Assembly: GCA_946965045.2 (NCBI GenBank)
Contig: OX337233.1
Location: forward strand, 1,302,001-1,366,000
Origin: Epithemia pelagica
Lineage: Eukaryota > Protista > Bacillariophyta
Direction of reading: 5' to 3'
Length of the DNA: 64,000 nucleotides
In this document: positions 22,505-34,027 of the stretch, piece after piece
How the letters are laid out: each line of letters begins with the position of its first letter
Position numbering within the stretch: position 1 is the first letter of the stretch
Made by a program: the position numbers and the translations under genes
Notes under the pieces: model-generated
What the model was told of the DNA's origin: nothing
Database searches by the model: none
Seen by the model: only the letters and a program-made list of their open reading frames with translations

Positions 22505-24020
22505 GTGAGATATGGGCGATCGTGTCAAAAAGACAAGTACCCAGTCGCGCAGCGGTGAAATACACTTCAGCGTCCCTTTGTTTGAATAGAAAGGAGTATC
22601 ATTACTCTTCTGGAGATAGTAGATGAACTGAAATTCTAAAGAATCACGCGCTGGGATTTATCCAGGGGTATTTCCCCCATTCCCCCTTCTTGAGAAAAGA
22701 CTTCATTTTTGTTCCACACACTTCACACGGAACGAACATCAACACTTTCAATACCAACAAGATGCAACCCGTTCGCCAGGATGACGAGGAGGAGTTTGAC
22801 GATGAGTACGACCACCATCGAGAACTGTCCGTCTCTCAAGTCATGTTGCCATCCATCAAGGAATCGGATCGCTACACGACCGAGGATCGTGTCGAGTTGG
22901 CCATGAAGGGTGTCTTGATCACTATTTTTGCCATTGCCGCCAATATCTTTTTTTGGGTCCTTGGATGGATTGTCTTTTACTTAGTCTTTTTGGTGCTCGT
23001 GGGACCCGTCTTGATTTGTCAGGCCATGTGTAGTGAGTTCAAGGGGAACATTGAATTGGTCCCCACACCTCGCAACGAGACCTGTCCTTCCTGTGGTTCC
23101 GAACCACAACAACGACAACCAAATCGACCTTCCGTGGAATGGTACAAGGAAAAAAGCGGGCAGCAGCGGGGCAGGCAAGTGGAATGGATTCCCAAAATCC
23201 ATTGTCGTTGGTGTGGCTACAAGGCCGACCGTGGTGCCATGCCGGAAGCTCGTGTTCCGGTTGTAGCAGCCACTGCTGTACGTTCGACCCGAACCCGTGC
23301 GGCGAATGCGGCACTTCCGCAAAACCTTCCCGATGATCCCATTGCCAAGGCACAAGCAATTCTCCGTTCGTCCAAGGCCAAGCAACAAACATCTCAGGAT
23401 GGCAAGGCAGACTACACAACGGTCCCAGTGGTGGAAGCCAAGATTGTTGCCTCCTCCGAAGATGCTTCCACGAGTACGAGCGCTACTAGTAGTAGTACGG
23501 CACAGCAGGACGCTGTGGTGGAAATGACAAGGGCGCAAAACATTGTCTGAGGCAAAACGGATTTCAGTTTGCGAGTAATGATGAAGAAACCAAGAAGGAT
23601 TGGACAATGCATACAAGAGTAGTCTTTAACCGAGAGCTTTTATGTACCGCAGAGATGATATATTTTTATTGTATTGGATGGCTGTACTCGTTCTAGATGA
23701 ATCCGTCGGGTCCGATTGTATAATCAGCTCCATACTAGATGGGTTTCGTGATGTGATAAGGAATAGTCCGTACGCGCTACCGAATGGGCCTATTGAAAAA
23801 TAATCCATCTCGTAGCCTCGTTTCATATAAGTACATCTATCAATCCATTTATATGCTTTTGTTATTCATTCGCAAAAGTTACTTTCGAGAAAAAGAGAGC
23901 GCGCCAGAGTCCCAATGTCAAGCCCAGCATTAGGGCGGGTATGTAGGTTCATTCTATTTAGATAGCGAATTGGTTTTCGTTCGTTTCGCTTCATTCATCG
24001 ATACGCAGCAGAGAGCAGAG
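22505..24020 (+). repeat. Segmental duplication, copy A
   Basis: Collinear with ~49036-50570; the 3' part also matches ~61389-61730. Confidence 0.85.
22762..23550 (+). CDS. Membrane protein with zinc ribbon (paralog 1)
   Basis: ATG at 22762; hydrophobic hairpin followed by CPSC..CRWC. Paralog at 49323. Confidence 0.7.
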   Translation: MQPVRQDDEEEFDDEYDHHRELSVSQVMLPSIKESDRYTTEDRVELAMKGVLITIFAIAANIFFWVLGWIVFYLVFLVLVGPVLICQAMCSEFKGNIELVPTPRNETCPSCGSEPQQRQPNRPSVEWYKEKSGQQRGRQVEWIPKIHCRWCGYKADRGAMPEARVPVVAATAVRSTRTRAANAALPQNLPDDPIAKAQAILRSSKAKQQTSQDGKADYTTVPVVEAKIVASSEDASTSTSATSSSTAQQDAVVEMTRAQNIV

Positions 24021-24430
24021 AGCACACAATATACATATCAGTATTAGTAACGTAGTTTATCGATAGCAGAACCTCTACTCCCATGTATTTTTGTGCCATC
24101 ATGGTCTCGTATCGTGCCATATTGCAGGGCCACTATATTCATCCTTTCCTAGAGTAGCACTCATGTACTGTGCCGCTCACAATGCACTACCATGGTACTA
24201 ATATGAAGCATATGGTGGTCGGATCATGATGTGGTGATCATAGGAGGTCACCAGCAACAACAAAGTTTGATTGTCCTGTGGAGCAAATGAGATATGCCTG
24301 CCGATTAGAACTATCTTACCTACCTAGGTAATTAGACCCGATGTGGGGGTGCTACACGAAATTAAACCCTCTTACACCCTCTTAGCCACCCCCGGACCCT
24401 CACCCCATATTTTATATCCCACAGACAATC

Positions 24431-24467
24431 CTTCACAGACAGTCAGTATCATATGTTCGTTGTCAGT
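24431..24467. repeat. 37-bp exact direct repeat, copy 2
   Basis: Identical to 21081-21117. Confidence 0.9.
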
Positions 24468-24935
24468 AAGGACCCATCCAGTAGTCTACGTATTACCTAC
24501 TCCTATTACCTACTCCCCTATTGTATCCGGCACCTCTGTGGGGCTTACTGCACTCCACTTTTCCTGTAAACATGGAAGAAAGCAAAGGTTAGTTACTGTT
24601 GTCATCACATCCATCGGCGAGGGAAACACTTACTTTCTGTGCCGCTGTGGCTTTCGGCTTGTTGTTGTTGTTGGTGATGACAACGGTATGACAACGCAAT
24701 GGCAACGCTATGGTGGTGGGAACGCTATGGTGGTGGGAACGGATGGAGTGATGATGGTGTTGTGTCTTCGGTGTAATCACTGGTTTTTGTTACCAATTAT
24801 GAGGAATGAAATGTGGATGGTGAGATGTCCACGGTCTTTGGTACTACTGTTTGTGTTATACTGAGAATCAAGCGATTTTCCGGTACAAATTTCACGTAGC
24901 CAGGTACATACGTGATTCCTGTGTAGAAAGCTTGG

Positions 24936-25239
24936 TACTGAGGATCTGTCTGTTTCTGTCGCTCATTTTTTTATGGCAAGATTTGATTGGGTAGTTAGAA
25001 AGTTCGAATTATGCCCAGTCCCACAGCCGCGGGGGATTTGTCATTCCTCATTTAACTCCCTCCACGAAAAATGATCACTATAGACATTAGTGTAATCAAG
25101 ATATACCAAGACTAAAAATTGGCGACGGTTATATCGGTTTCCCGTTAGGAAGTGGAATCCCTCATCCTATGGCAAGTCCTTCCTTTCCCCTTCCCTTTCC
25201 CCCTTCGCCTGCCTGGGCCCCCCCCAAAGTCGGGGGGAG
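24936..25239. repeat. ~300-bp direct repeat R1
   Basis: Matches 48267-48563. The right ~200 bp are nearly identical and the left ~100 bp are more diverged. It ends in a C-run/aaagtc/G-run hairpin. Confidence 0.92.
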
Positions 25240-25667
25240 GGGTGCAGTTTCCTCAGGCAGCGATCTGATTGGTGCCTTTTCCCCCCTGTCACTATCCTCC
25301 AACTGTCAACCAACCGTCGGAACAACACTAATAATTAGTCTAAAAAAATCCAATGGCGATCCAATTAGCTATAAAAAACATCTAAGTAACACTATTCAAT
25401 ATTTCAAAGTCGGTGGTCCCGGTCGGATGGAATTCGGAACATGCCGATTCCCCACCGAGTTCACCAGAAAATGCCAACCACAAAAATTCCCTCCTCAGCT
25501 CTCTAAAAAATCACACAACACACAACTACGCTCATATTTGGAAAAACAAAATAACAACCAAGAGGTATGGAAAAAGGGGAGTTTAATATGGGCTTTACTG
25601 GCCAGGGCATCTCTCCAGAGACGACCCAACGGACTACGAGCGGCAAACCGTCGACTCTGGATCCCTT

Positions 25668-26451
25668 TGTTAGAATTCTCACCGTCTATGGTGGTTAGAT
25701 TCTACATCTCATCGATTCCCCATGTCACATAGCCTCGTGCTATCGCATCATGCCATCTAGCTTCGAGCTATGTTCCCTAGCTTCGCGCTATATCGACCTA
25801 TATTTCTTCGCAAATCATGAAAAGTGAGAATAGATTGACGAACTCACTCTCAAGACTAAACTGGGTCGTGCGGTATTACAACGGACGTAAATTTGGCCGT
25901 TGCTCGGACATTATACTAACGCCCTAAGCGTACGCGCCCAAAATCATCGAGCGCGCCCAAGCGACATCCGAGCGCTGTCGGCATCTATCTGACCCAACGG
26001 TCTAAGTATCCCAAGCACGACACACGATCACGCGAGACCATATTTCCATTCCCACAATCTCCAAATTGTCAACAAGCTGCGCGCCATGAAAACAACTATG
26101 CCAATCCAAAGCAAGAGCTGTTGACCCTGTATATGTTATCCGTCCACATATACATGTCATATACATCACATGAATCGACTCCAACTATTCCAAACCTGTT
26201 GCCGCCAAGAACCTATGACACATGACCCTTGGCAGGATGGAACATTTCACGTAGACCTATCGTAGTAATCAACACACAATCTAACAATATCACCATTTAT
26301 CACATCCTCTTTTGTGTCCCGACTATCCTTTTGATAGACTACGACTTGCTTTCCTCTCTTACCCATGGAGAGGTTTGTATCGGTTGGTGACTACCTGATT
26401 GTCTGCTCTACCGAGCATCAACGCCTCTGCAATTCCAAGAGAATTGTAACA
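25668..26451 (+). repeat. 5' LTR of Copia-1
   Basis: tgttagaa..tgtaaca; about 5 substitutions relative to 33244-34027 by manual comparison. Confidence 0.97.
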
Positions 26452-26487
26452 GATTAACAGTCTCAGAGCTTATTTCCTTGTGGTTTC

Positions 26488-27240
26488 ATGGATACTAACA
26501 AGCTTATTACTCCTGTACGACAGATCTATCGAGCCAACCTGCATTCCGGGCAGCCCGATACCCTGGTGCAGCAGGACACATCGGTCAACATCTACGTCAA
26601 CAGTTCCAACAGCAACCCATTCGAGACTCCAACCCGGCCTCACGCTCCGATCCCTGCGCCGTTGCTTCGGCCCCCGAGTCCGCCTCGTCGGCTCGTCCCT
26701 TCTCGATCCCGTCGTACCACCCGGTTGATTGCTGATCATATCAAGTACTTCCGTCAACCAACTTCTTCGACCTTCGATCCCGAGATCATCCGTGGGGAGA
26801 CCCAGATCGAACGCCAGTTCCAATCGGTGACCCACATCGTCGACCAAGAAGACATTGACCGTCTGAACGACCAACTTCATCGCTCTCCGAGGCGTCGCCT
26901 CATCTTGGCCGCCCTCTCGGGCAACCCCATCCGTACTGTCCACGTCCGCTTCCTAACCTTCGAGCGCCCAACTGGATACTACAATACCATCTACGTCGTG
27001 AACGCGACGACTTGCCCTCTGCCTCCTAACGTTGTACGCCTAGATAACTACGTTGCCTACATCCACGAGGTCCATACCATCGAGGACCATCGTGCAACTA
27101 TCTTCCCTTTGCGTGCCGAGGCCGAGAACCACTTGGCTGAAGGTAATACCCCTTCTCCTGTTGCTTGTGCTGCCCCATCTGAGCCTGGAAACAACTCTGA
27201 TTATTCGGAAGAGAGTGGAGATTCGGAAACCGAAGCTTAA
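26488..27240 (+). CDS. Extra 250-aa ORF inside Copia-1, upstream of gag
   Basis: ATG-initiated sense ORF between the PBS and the polyprotein; no recognisable domain. Confidence 0.6.
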   Translation: MDTNKLITPVRQIYRANLHSGQPDTLVQQDTSVNIYVNSSNSNPFETPTRPHAPIPAPLLRPPSPPRRLVPSRSRRTTRLIADHIKYFRQPTSSTFDPEIIRGETQIERQFQSVTHIVDQEDIDRLNDQLHRSPRRRLILAALSGNPIRTVHVRFLTFERPTGYYNTIYVVNATTCPLPPNVVRLDNYVAYIHEVHTIEDHRATIFPLRAEAENHLAEGNTPSPVACAAPSEPGNNSDYSEESGDSETEA

Positions 27241-27561
27241 TTACTCATAGTTAACTCCCGTCCTCTCAAAACCTTTCCAAGACTTAAACTCAACGCACAT
27301 CCGGGTACCCTTGGTCGCACAACACGCCACACATTCCCGTCAAATCGCGAAAATTCGGCGAAAATTTGTTGAAGCTCGGCGAAAATTTGTCGGAATCAAC
27401 GGAAATTTCCAGGAGTCGCACATCACAACACACATCCGGGTATCACATACGTGGTACATACGTGGCACACGTGGTACATCCGGGTTCACATCACATCACA
27501 CATTAAATAAACCACATCACACCGCACATTAAATAAACATCGAACCAACCAAAATAACACC

Positions 27562-30500
27562 ATGGATCCTCAATCACCCAAGACACCTACGACTCCTAAG
27601 GGAGAAGATAACCACGACAATGTCTCGAACACAGACCTATTCGACCACATCATATTTACTGTCTGCCAATTCTTTACCAAGGAAAGGGCCGAGTACTTAA
27701 TGAAGTGGATGAAATACCATGGTTTTGAGAACATTACCCATGTTATCTCGTATATGCAAACCAATACCGAGGAATCCATGAACGAACTGACCCAATACAA
27801 GGTCAACAAACAGACACATGATCTACAAGGCCCCACAAGACAGCAGATCAAGCTCTTGGCTTATTGGGCCATATACAAGACCAACGAAATTCAAGACGAG
27901 CTATCCAATAGCGACTGGATGAACCTAACAAGGAAAGAGTTCAACACTTGGAGGATCAACACAGATTTCTCTAAGGGACCACCTAGCCAAGTTCCAGTCT
28001 CGCCAATGAAGTCACCGTCATCTGTGAAATCTGTCAGCACAGTTACTGCCGCATCCCAATCTCAACAAGACCTTACAGCATTCAGAAAGGGAACTAAGCG
28101 CGACGCAACTGCGTATGAGGTATTCAAGGATGAACGATACTACGATTCATTCTGGCGTGTATTCAAGACTACAGCTAAGGCTCAAGGCCTATCCAACGTT
28201 CTGAATTTCAAATACACACCACCCCATGATGATGAGTATGCCGAAGAACTTTTTCAAGAGCAACAAGTATTTCTTTACTCCGTTCTTGTCCGTATCATTC
28301 AGACTGACCAAGGTCAAGCCTATGTACGTGAACATGAACATGATGAAGATGCGCGTGCCGTATTGCAGAAGTTACACTCTTTGCATACCGAATCCGACCT
28401 AGCAAAACGAGAAGTCCTCCGTTTAACCAAGTACATTTCCAATCTACGTCTTGACGACACATGGCGCGGAACAACACGTCAATTTCTTCTACACTTTCAA
28501 GAGCAGCTACGTTTGCTAGACAATCTAGTGACATTGTCTGATTGCATCCCTGATCATACCAGGATGACCTTCCTCATGCAAGCTGTAGAAAAGGTACCTG
28601 ATCTCCGCCGAGTCAAGATCTTGGATAATGTGGTGAACACCAAATCCGGTGCAAAATCCCTTTGCTATCAATCATACTTCCGTCTCCTTCTAGACGCAGC
28701 TTATGACCATGATCAAGCAACCCAGTCATCTGTTCATAGTCGCCGTCGACATGTCAAACAACATGAATCACTATATGGCCAAGATACAGATGCTGACATA
28801 ACCTCACAAGACGATATGGAGTATCATGTCCACAACACCAAAGTGACATCTGAATCTCCATCCTCTTCGTCCAAGGTTAGTCTACTGCGTGACCTATGGT
28901 TCAAACTTTCTGAAGAAGATCGCAAGTTGATCATTGAGTATAACAAGATGATTCAAGCACCTTCATCAACAACACCAAGGAAAGTGCAAACACATGCCCT
29001 CGACATTGATCCGGAACCTGATCCTGACCCCAACCAAGTCGCATCTGATGACGACTCACCTGGCGCAGTCCCTGAGCATCCAGATGATTCAGATCCGGTT
29101 ACACAATTTATCAACCAAGCCATGACGACTGATATCAATCACCCGGCAACTGACCTGACTAGTGTTCTTTCTAACGCCAAGTCCAAGACGAGCAAGAAGG
29201 TTACTTTCAAAGCCAACATGCATAAACAAGCAGGACATGTTCCACGCTATTTGTTTTCCAGGAAATCTACTTTACCAGGAAATCAATTGATTGACCGTGG
29301 TGCTAATGGAGGACTTGCTGGTTCTGACATGCGCATCCTTTCTAAGACTGGCCGCCATATCACTATTGTGGGTATTGATAACCATGAACTTACTGGACTT
29401 CCTGTCGTCACATGTGCCGCAAAGTTTGAGACCAATGATGGACCTATTGTCGGCATCTTCAATGAATATGCTTATTATGGAAAGGGCTTATCTATCCATG
29501 CTCCTGGTCAATTCGAGCATTTCGGACTTGCTGTTGATGAACGATCTGTTAAAGTTGATGGTAAACAACGCATCACTACACTTGATGGTCGTGCTATACC
29601 CCTTCACATCAAGGATGGGTTAGCCTACATCCACTCCTTGGGTATCCCCAGCGACGATGACATGAATACCTTACCTCAGATCATCTTCACGTCACCCAAC
29701 ACATGGGATCCTGGTGTTCTGGACCATTCGTATTCTCCCACACCCTCTGACAATGATCCTGATTGGAAACACGTCAAGACTGATGGTAGTATGTCAAACC
29801 ATCCATATGACAACTATGGGGAGTACACTGATCGTGTTGTTTGTAACCTCAATCTCCTTTTGGATCTCCCATACGATCATGGACCTGACGACGCACCCTT
29901 CTTTTCTATCTATGCTGACGCAGAAGGTAATGATCCTACACTTCATGCCTCTGTCCACCGTCGTTACCAGGAAGCGTATGACTGGAAGAAGTTCCGTCCA
30001 TTCTTTGGTTGGCAATCTGAAGATGTTATTGCCGATACGTTCAAGCACACTACACGTAATGGTAACATTACTTTTGACCACGACACCCTCAAGAAACATT
30101 TCAAGGCTCGCAATCCGGTCCTTAATATACGTCGACGTCATGAACCCGTTGCTACTGACTCGGTTTTCTCCGACACCCCTGCTGTTGACCATGGCGGTAA
30201 AGTCGCACAATTCTTTGTTGGTCGAGATACTCTGGTTACTGATATCTATGGGATCAAGTCCACCAAACAGTTAGTCAATACTCTTCAGGACAACATCCGG
30301 TTTCGTGGTGCCATGGAGACTCTTATCAGTGATGGTGGTTCATCTCTCATCTCTCAAAAGGTCAAAGATATTCTTTGCACTTTGCTTATTGGGGAGTATC
30401 GATCCGAACCTTATCATCAACACCAGAATAAGGCTGAAAACCGTTACCAGACCGTCAAACGTATGACCAACGCTCTCATGAATGCCACTGGTTGCCCTGC

Positions 30501-33249
30501 CAACACCTGGCTTCTTTGCCTTGAGTATGTCTGTGACTTATTGAACCATACATCATCACCCACCCATTCCGGTCGCACTCCTCTTGAGGCTCTCTCCGGA
30601 CGCCCACCCGACATTACTCATCTCTTGTTCTTTCCTTTCTGGGATGAGGTTTACTACTGTGTCGACCCCGATGAACCCAATTCTGGTTCATATCCATCTT
30701 CTTCTGATGAGAAACTTGGCCACTGGGTTGGTTTTGCTCACAACGTTGGTGATTCTTTTACTTGGAAGATTCTCACCCAAGATAACCAGATAATCTACTG
30801 TTCTGCCGTTCGCCGTGTTGAATCCACTACACCTAACCCACGTGTGGATCGACCTTCAGGGGAGGATTCGTCTGAGAAGGATGACAATGATAAGCAAGCT
30901 GACACTGTCTTCATTCGCAGTGATAGTGAAGATCCATCCAAACCAATGCCCACGATCGATTTTGACGACATGATAGGACGCACATTCCTATGCGACACAG
31001 AAGAAAATGGGGAGCGACACCGTGCACGTGTCATCAAACGAGTCATTGATCTTAATGAAGAAGCAACGAAACAGAAAGAACGTGTCAAGTACATCTACCG
31101 AAAGACAAATTCTGATGTTGATGAGATGATATCCTATAATCAACTCATGGAGTATATCAAACGAGATAACCAAGCTCAAACCTCTGGAGATAATCTTTTC
31201 AGGTTCAGGGACGTCATTGCCCATCAAGGCCCACTGAACACAACTGATCCAGATTACAAGGGGAGCAAATATAATTTGCTTGTTGATTGCGAAACTGGGG
31301 AGACTACCTATGAACCTTTATCACTCATCGCCAATGATGATCCGATCACTGTAGCAATTTATGGAAAGAAACATGGTTTACTCAACGAACCTGGATGGAA
31401 GCATTTGAAACGTTATGTCAAAACAAGCAAACGTATCATTCGAGCAGCCAAATAGTCAAGGATTAAACAAGTTCACCATTCCGTCAAGTATAAGTTTGGA
31501 TTCCAAGTACCACGCAATTATGAGGAAGCTGTCGCTCTTGATAAACAACATGGCAACACAAAGTGGCAGGATGCAACAGAATTAGAATTGTCACAGATCC
31601 AGTCCTACAAGACATTCAAGGATTTTGGGAAAGCCATCTTCATTAAAGGGAAAGTATCCAATGCACCTGAAGGATATCATAAGATACGTGTACATCTTGT
31701 CTTTGACGTAAAACATGATGGACGACATAAAGCAAGACTTGTCGCAGATGGGCATCTCACAAAAGAACCTGTTGAGACAATCTATTCAGGTGTTGTTTCC
31801 ATTCGCAACCTCCGCATTGCCTTATTCCTGGGTACTTTGAATGACTTGGAAATATGGGGAGCAGATATTGGAAACGCATACCTGGAAGCCTTGACAGGGG
31901 AGAAAATTTTCATTGTCGCAGGACCTGAATTCAAGGAATTAGAAGGTCACATCCTGATTATATACAAGGCACTTTATGGATTGAAGTCATCAGGCGCACG
32001 CTGGCATGATGTCTTATTCGATGTTTTGACAGACATGGGATTTTCACCAAGCAAAGCAGATCCGGATATCTGGATGAGGAAAGCACCTGGAGAAGACTGT
32101 TACGAATACATTGCCGTATACGTTGATGACTTAGCCATTATTTCTACTGATCCTGGGAATATCTGCAAGATCCTGAAGGAGAAATACAACTTCAAACTCA
32201 AAGGAGATGGACCTATTGATTTCCACTTGGGATGTTGTTACACCAAGAATTCTGATGGAACATTAGTAGCAGATCCAAGACGCTACATTGGTAAGATGAT
32301 GGACACTTTCAAACAAATCTTCAAGGAGAAACCCAAGAAAGCCAAAACACCTCTTATTGGTGGAGACCATCCTGAATTGGATGATTCTGAGTTCCTTGAT
32401 GAAGAAGGTACTAGCCATTTCCAAACTCTGATTGGACAACTCCAATGGGTGATCACTATTGGTCGTTTCGACGTCTTCACCGCTACAATGACGCTATCAC
32501 GCTTTCGTGCTGCTCCGAGGAAAGGACATCTTGATAGAGCCAAGCGTATCTATGGATACCTTGCACATCTCCCAGAAGGCGCAATCAGATTTAGGATTGG
32601 AGAGCCTGATTATTCAAGTCTTCCTACCCAAGAATTTGATTGGACTCGCACTGTCTATTCGAATGCAAGTGAACGTATTCCTGAAGACTGCCCAACACCT
32701 CTTGGCTGCTATGTTACCACAACTCATTATGTTGATGCCAATCTCATGCATGACATAGTCACTGGTAAATCCGTCACTGCTGTTCTACATTTGTTGAACG
32801 GAACACCTATTGACTGGTACAGCAAGAGACAGAGCACGGTGGAAACTGCTACCTATGGATCCAAGTTTGTGGCTGCAAGGACAGCAATAGATCAGATTAC
32901 AGAATTACGACATTCTCTCTGCTACCTTGGAGTACCTATCCGAGAGCGAAGTTACATGTACGGAGATAACAGATCTGTTGTGCTCAATGCAACCGTTCCT
33001 CATTCCATACTATCCAAGAGACACCATCTTCTGTCATACCACCGAGTTCGTGAAGCCATCGCAGCAAAGTATGTTGCATTCTACTGGAAAGATGGAAAGA
33101 CCAACCCTGCCGATATCCTTAGCAAACATTGGGATTTCGTATCTATTTGGCCCATGCTCAAGCCATTGTTGTTTTGGAAAGGAGAAGTTCAAGACCTCAA
33201 CAAATCCAATGATGACAAGGCTGAAATGACAAGTTGTGGGGAGTGTTAG
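27562..33249 (+). pseudogene. Copia-1 gag-pol polyprotein with one premature TAG (31453-31455)
   Basis: Protease LIDRGANGG; integrase TDSVFSD / ISDGG / QNKAENR; RT HKARLVADG, DIGNAYL, LYGLKSSGARW, YVDDL; RNase H YVDANL..DNRSV..NPADILSK. ORFs 27562..31455 and 31588..33249 share one frame. Confidence 0.95.
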
Positions 33250-34027
33250 AATTCTCACCGTCTATGGTGGTTAGATTCTACATCTCATCGATTCCCCATG
33301 TCACATAGCCTCGTGCTATCGCATCATGCCATCTAGCTTCGAGCTGTGTTCCCTAGCTTCGCGCTATATCGACCTATATTTCTTCGCAAATCATGAAAAG
33401 TGAGAATAGATTGACGAACTCACTCTCAAGACTAAACTGGGTCGTGCGGTATTACAACGGACGTAAATTTGGCCGCTGCTCGGACATTATACTAACGCCC
33501 TAAGCGTACGCGCCCGAAATCATCGAGCGCGCCCAAGCGACATCCGAGCGCTGTCGGCATCTATCCGACCCAACGGTCTAAGTATCCCAAGCACGACACA
33601 CGATCACGCGAGACCATATTTCCATTCCCACAATCTCCAAATTGTCAACAAGCTGCGCGCCATGAAAACAACTATGCCAATCCAAAGCAAGAGCTGTTGA
33701 CCCTGTATATGTTATCCGTCCACATATACATGTCATATACATCACATGAATCGACTCCAACTATTCCAAACCTGTTGCCGCCAAGAACCTATGACACATG
33801 ACCCTTGGCAGGATGGAACATTTCACGTAGACCTATCGTAGTAATCAACACACAATCTAACAATATCACCATTTATCACATCCTCTTTTGTGTCCCGACT
33901 ATCCTTTTGATAGACTACGACTTGCTTTCCTCTCTTACCCATGGAGAGGTTTGTATCGGTTGGTGACTACCTGATTGTCTGCTCTACCGAGCATCAACGC
34001 CACTGCAATTCCAAGAGAATTGTAACA
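33244..34027 (+). repeat. 3' LTR of Copia-1
   Basis: Near-identical to 25668-26451 and followed by the TSD ccctt. Confidence 0.97.

Larger units (their letters stand above)
25668..34027 (+). mobile_element. Ty1/Copia LTR retrotransposon (diatom CoDi type), full length
   Basis: 784-bp TG..CA LTRs; 5-bp TSD ccctt (25663-25667 and 34028-34032); domain order gag-PR-IN-RT-RH; short purine tract before the 3' LTR. Confidence 0.97.

Noticed and set aside
24936-25239. R1/R2 as the split direct repeats (A1/A2) of a PAT/Ngaro-type element, or as LTRs
   Set aside because: No B1/B2 pair was found, there are no TG..CA ends or TSD, and the module is homologous to the 5' region of the 39-kb accessory gene. 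Kept only as an alternative hypothesis.
31453-31455. In-frame TAG in the Copia-1 polyprotein as programmed readthrough
   Set aside because: It falls between integrase and RT rather than at the gag/pol border, has no leaky context or stem, and is explained by CAG to TAG in an element whose LTRs have already diverged.
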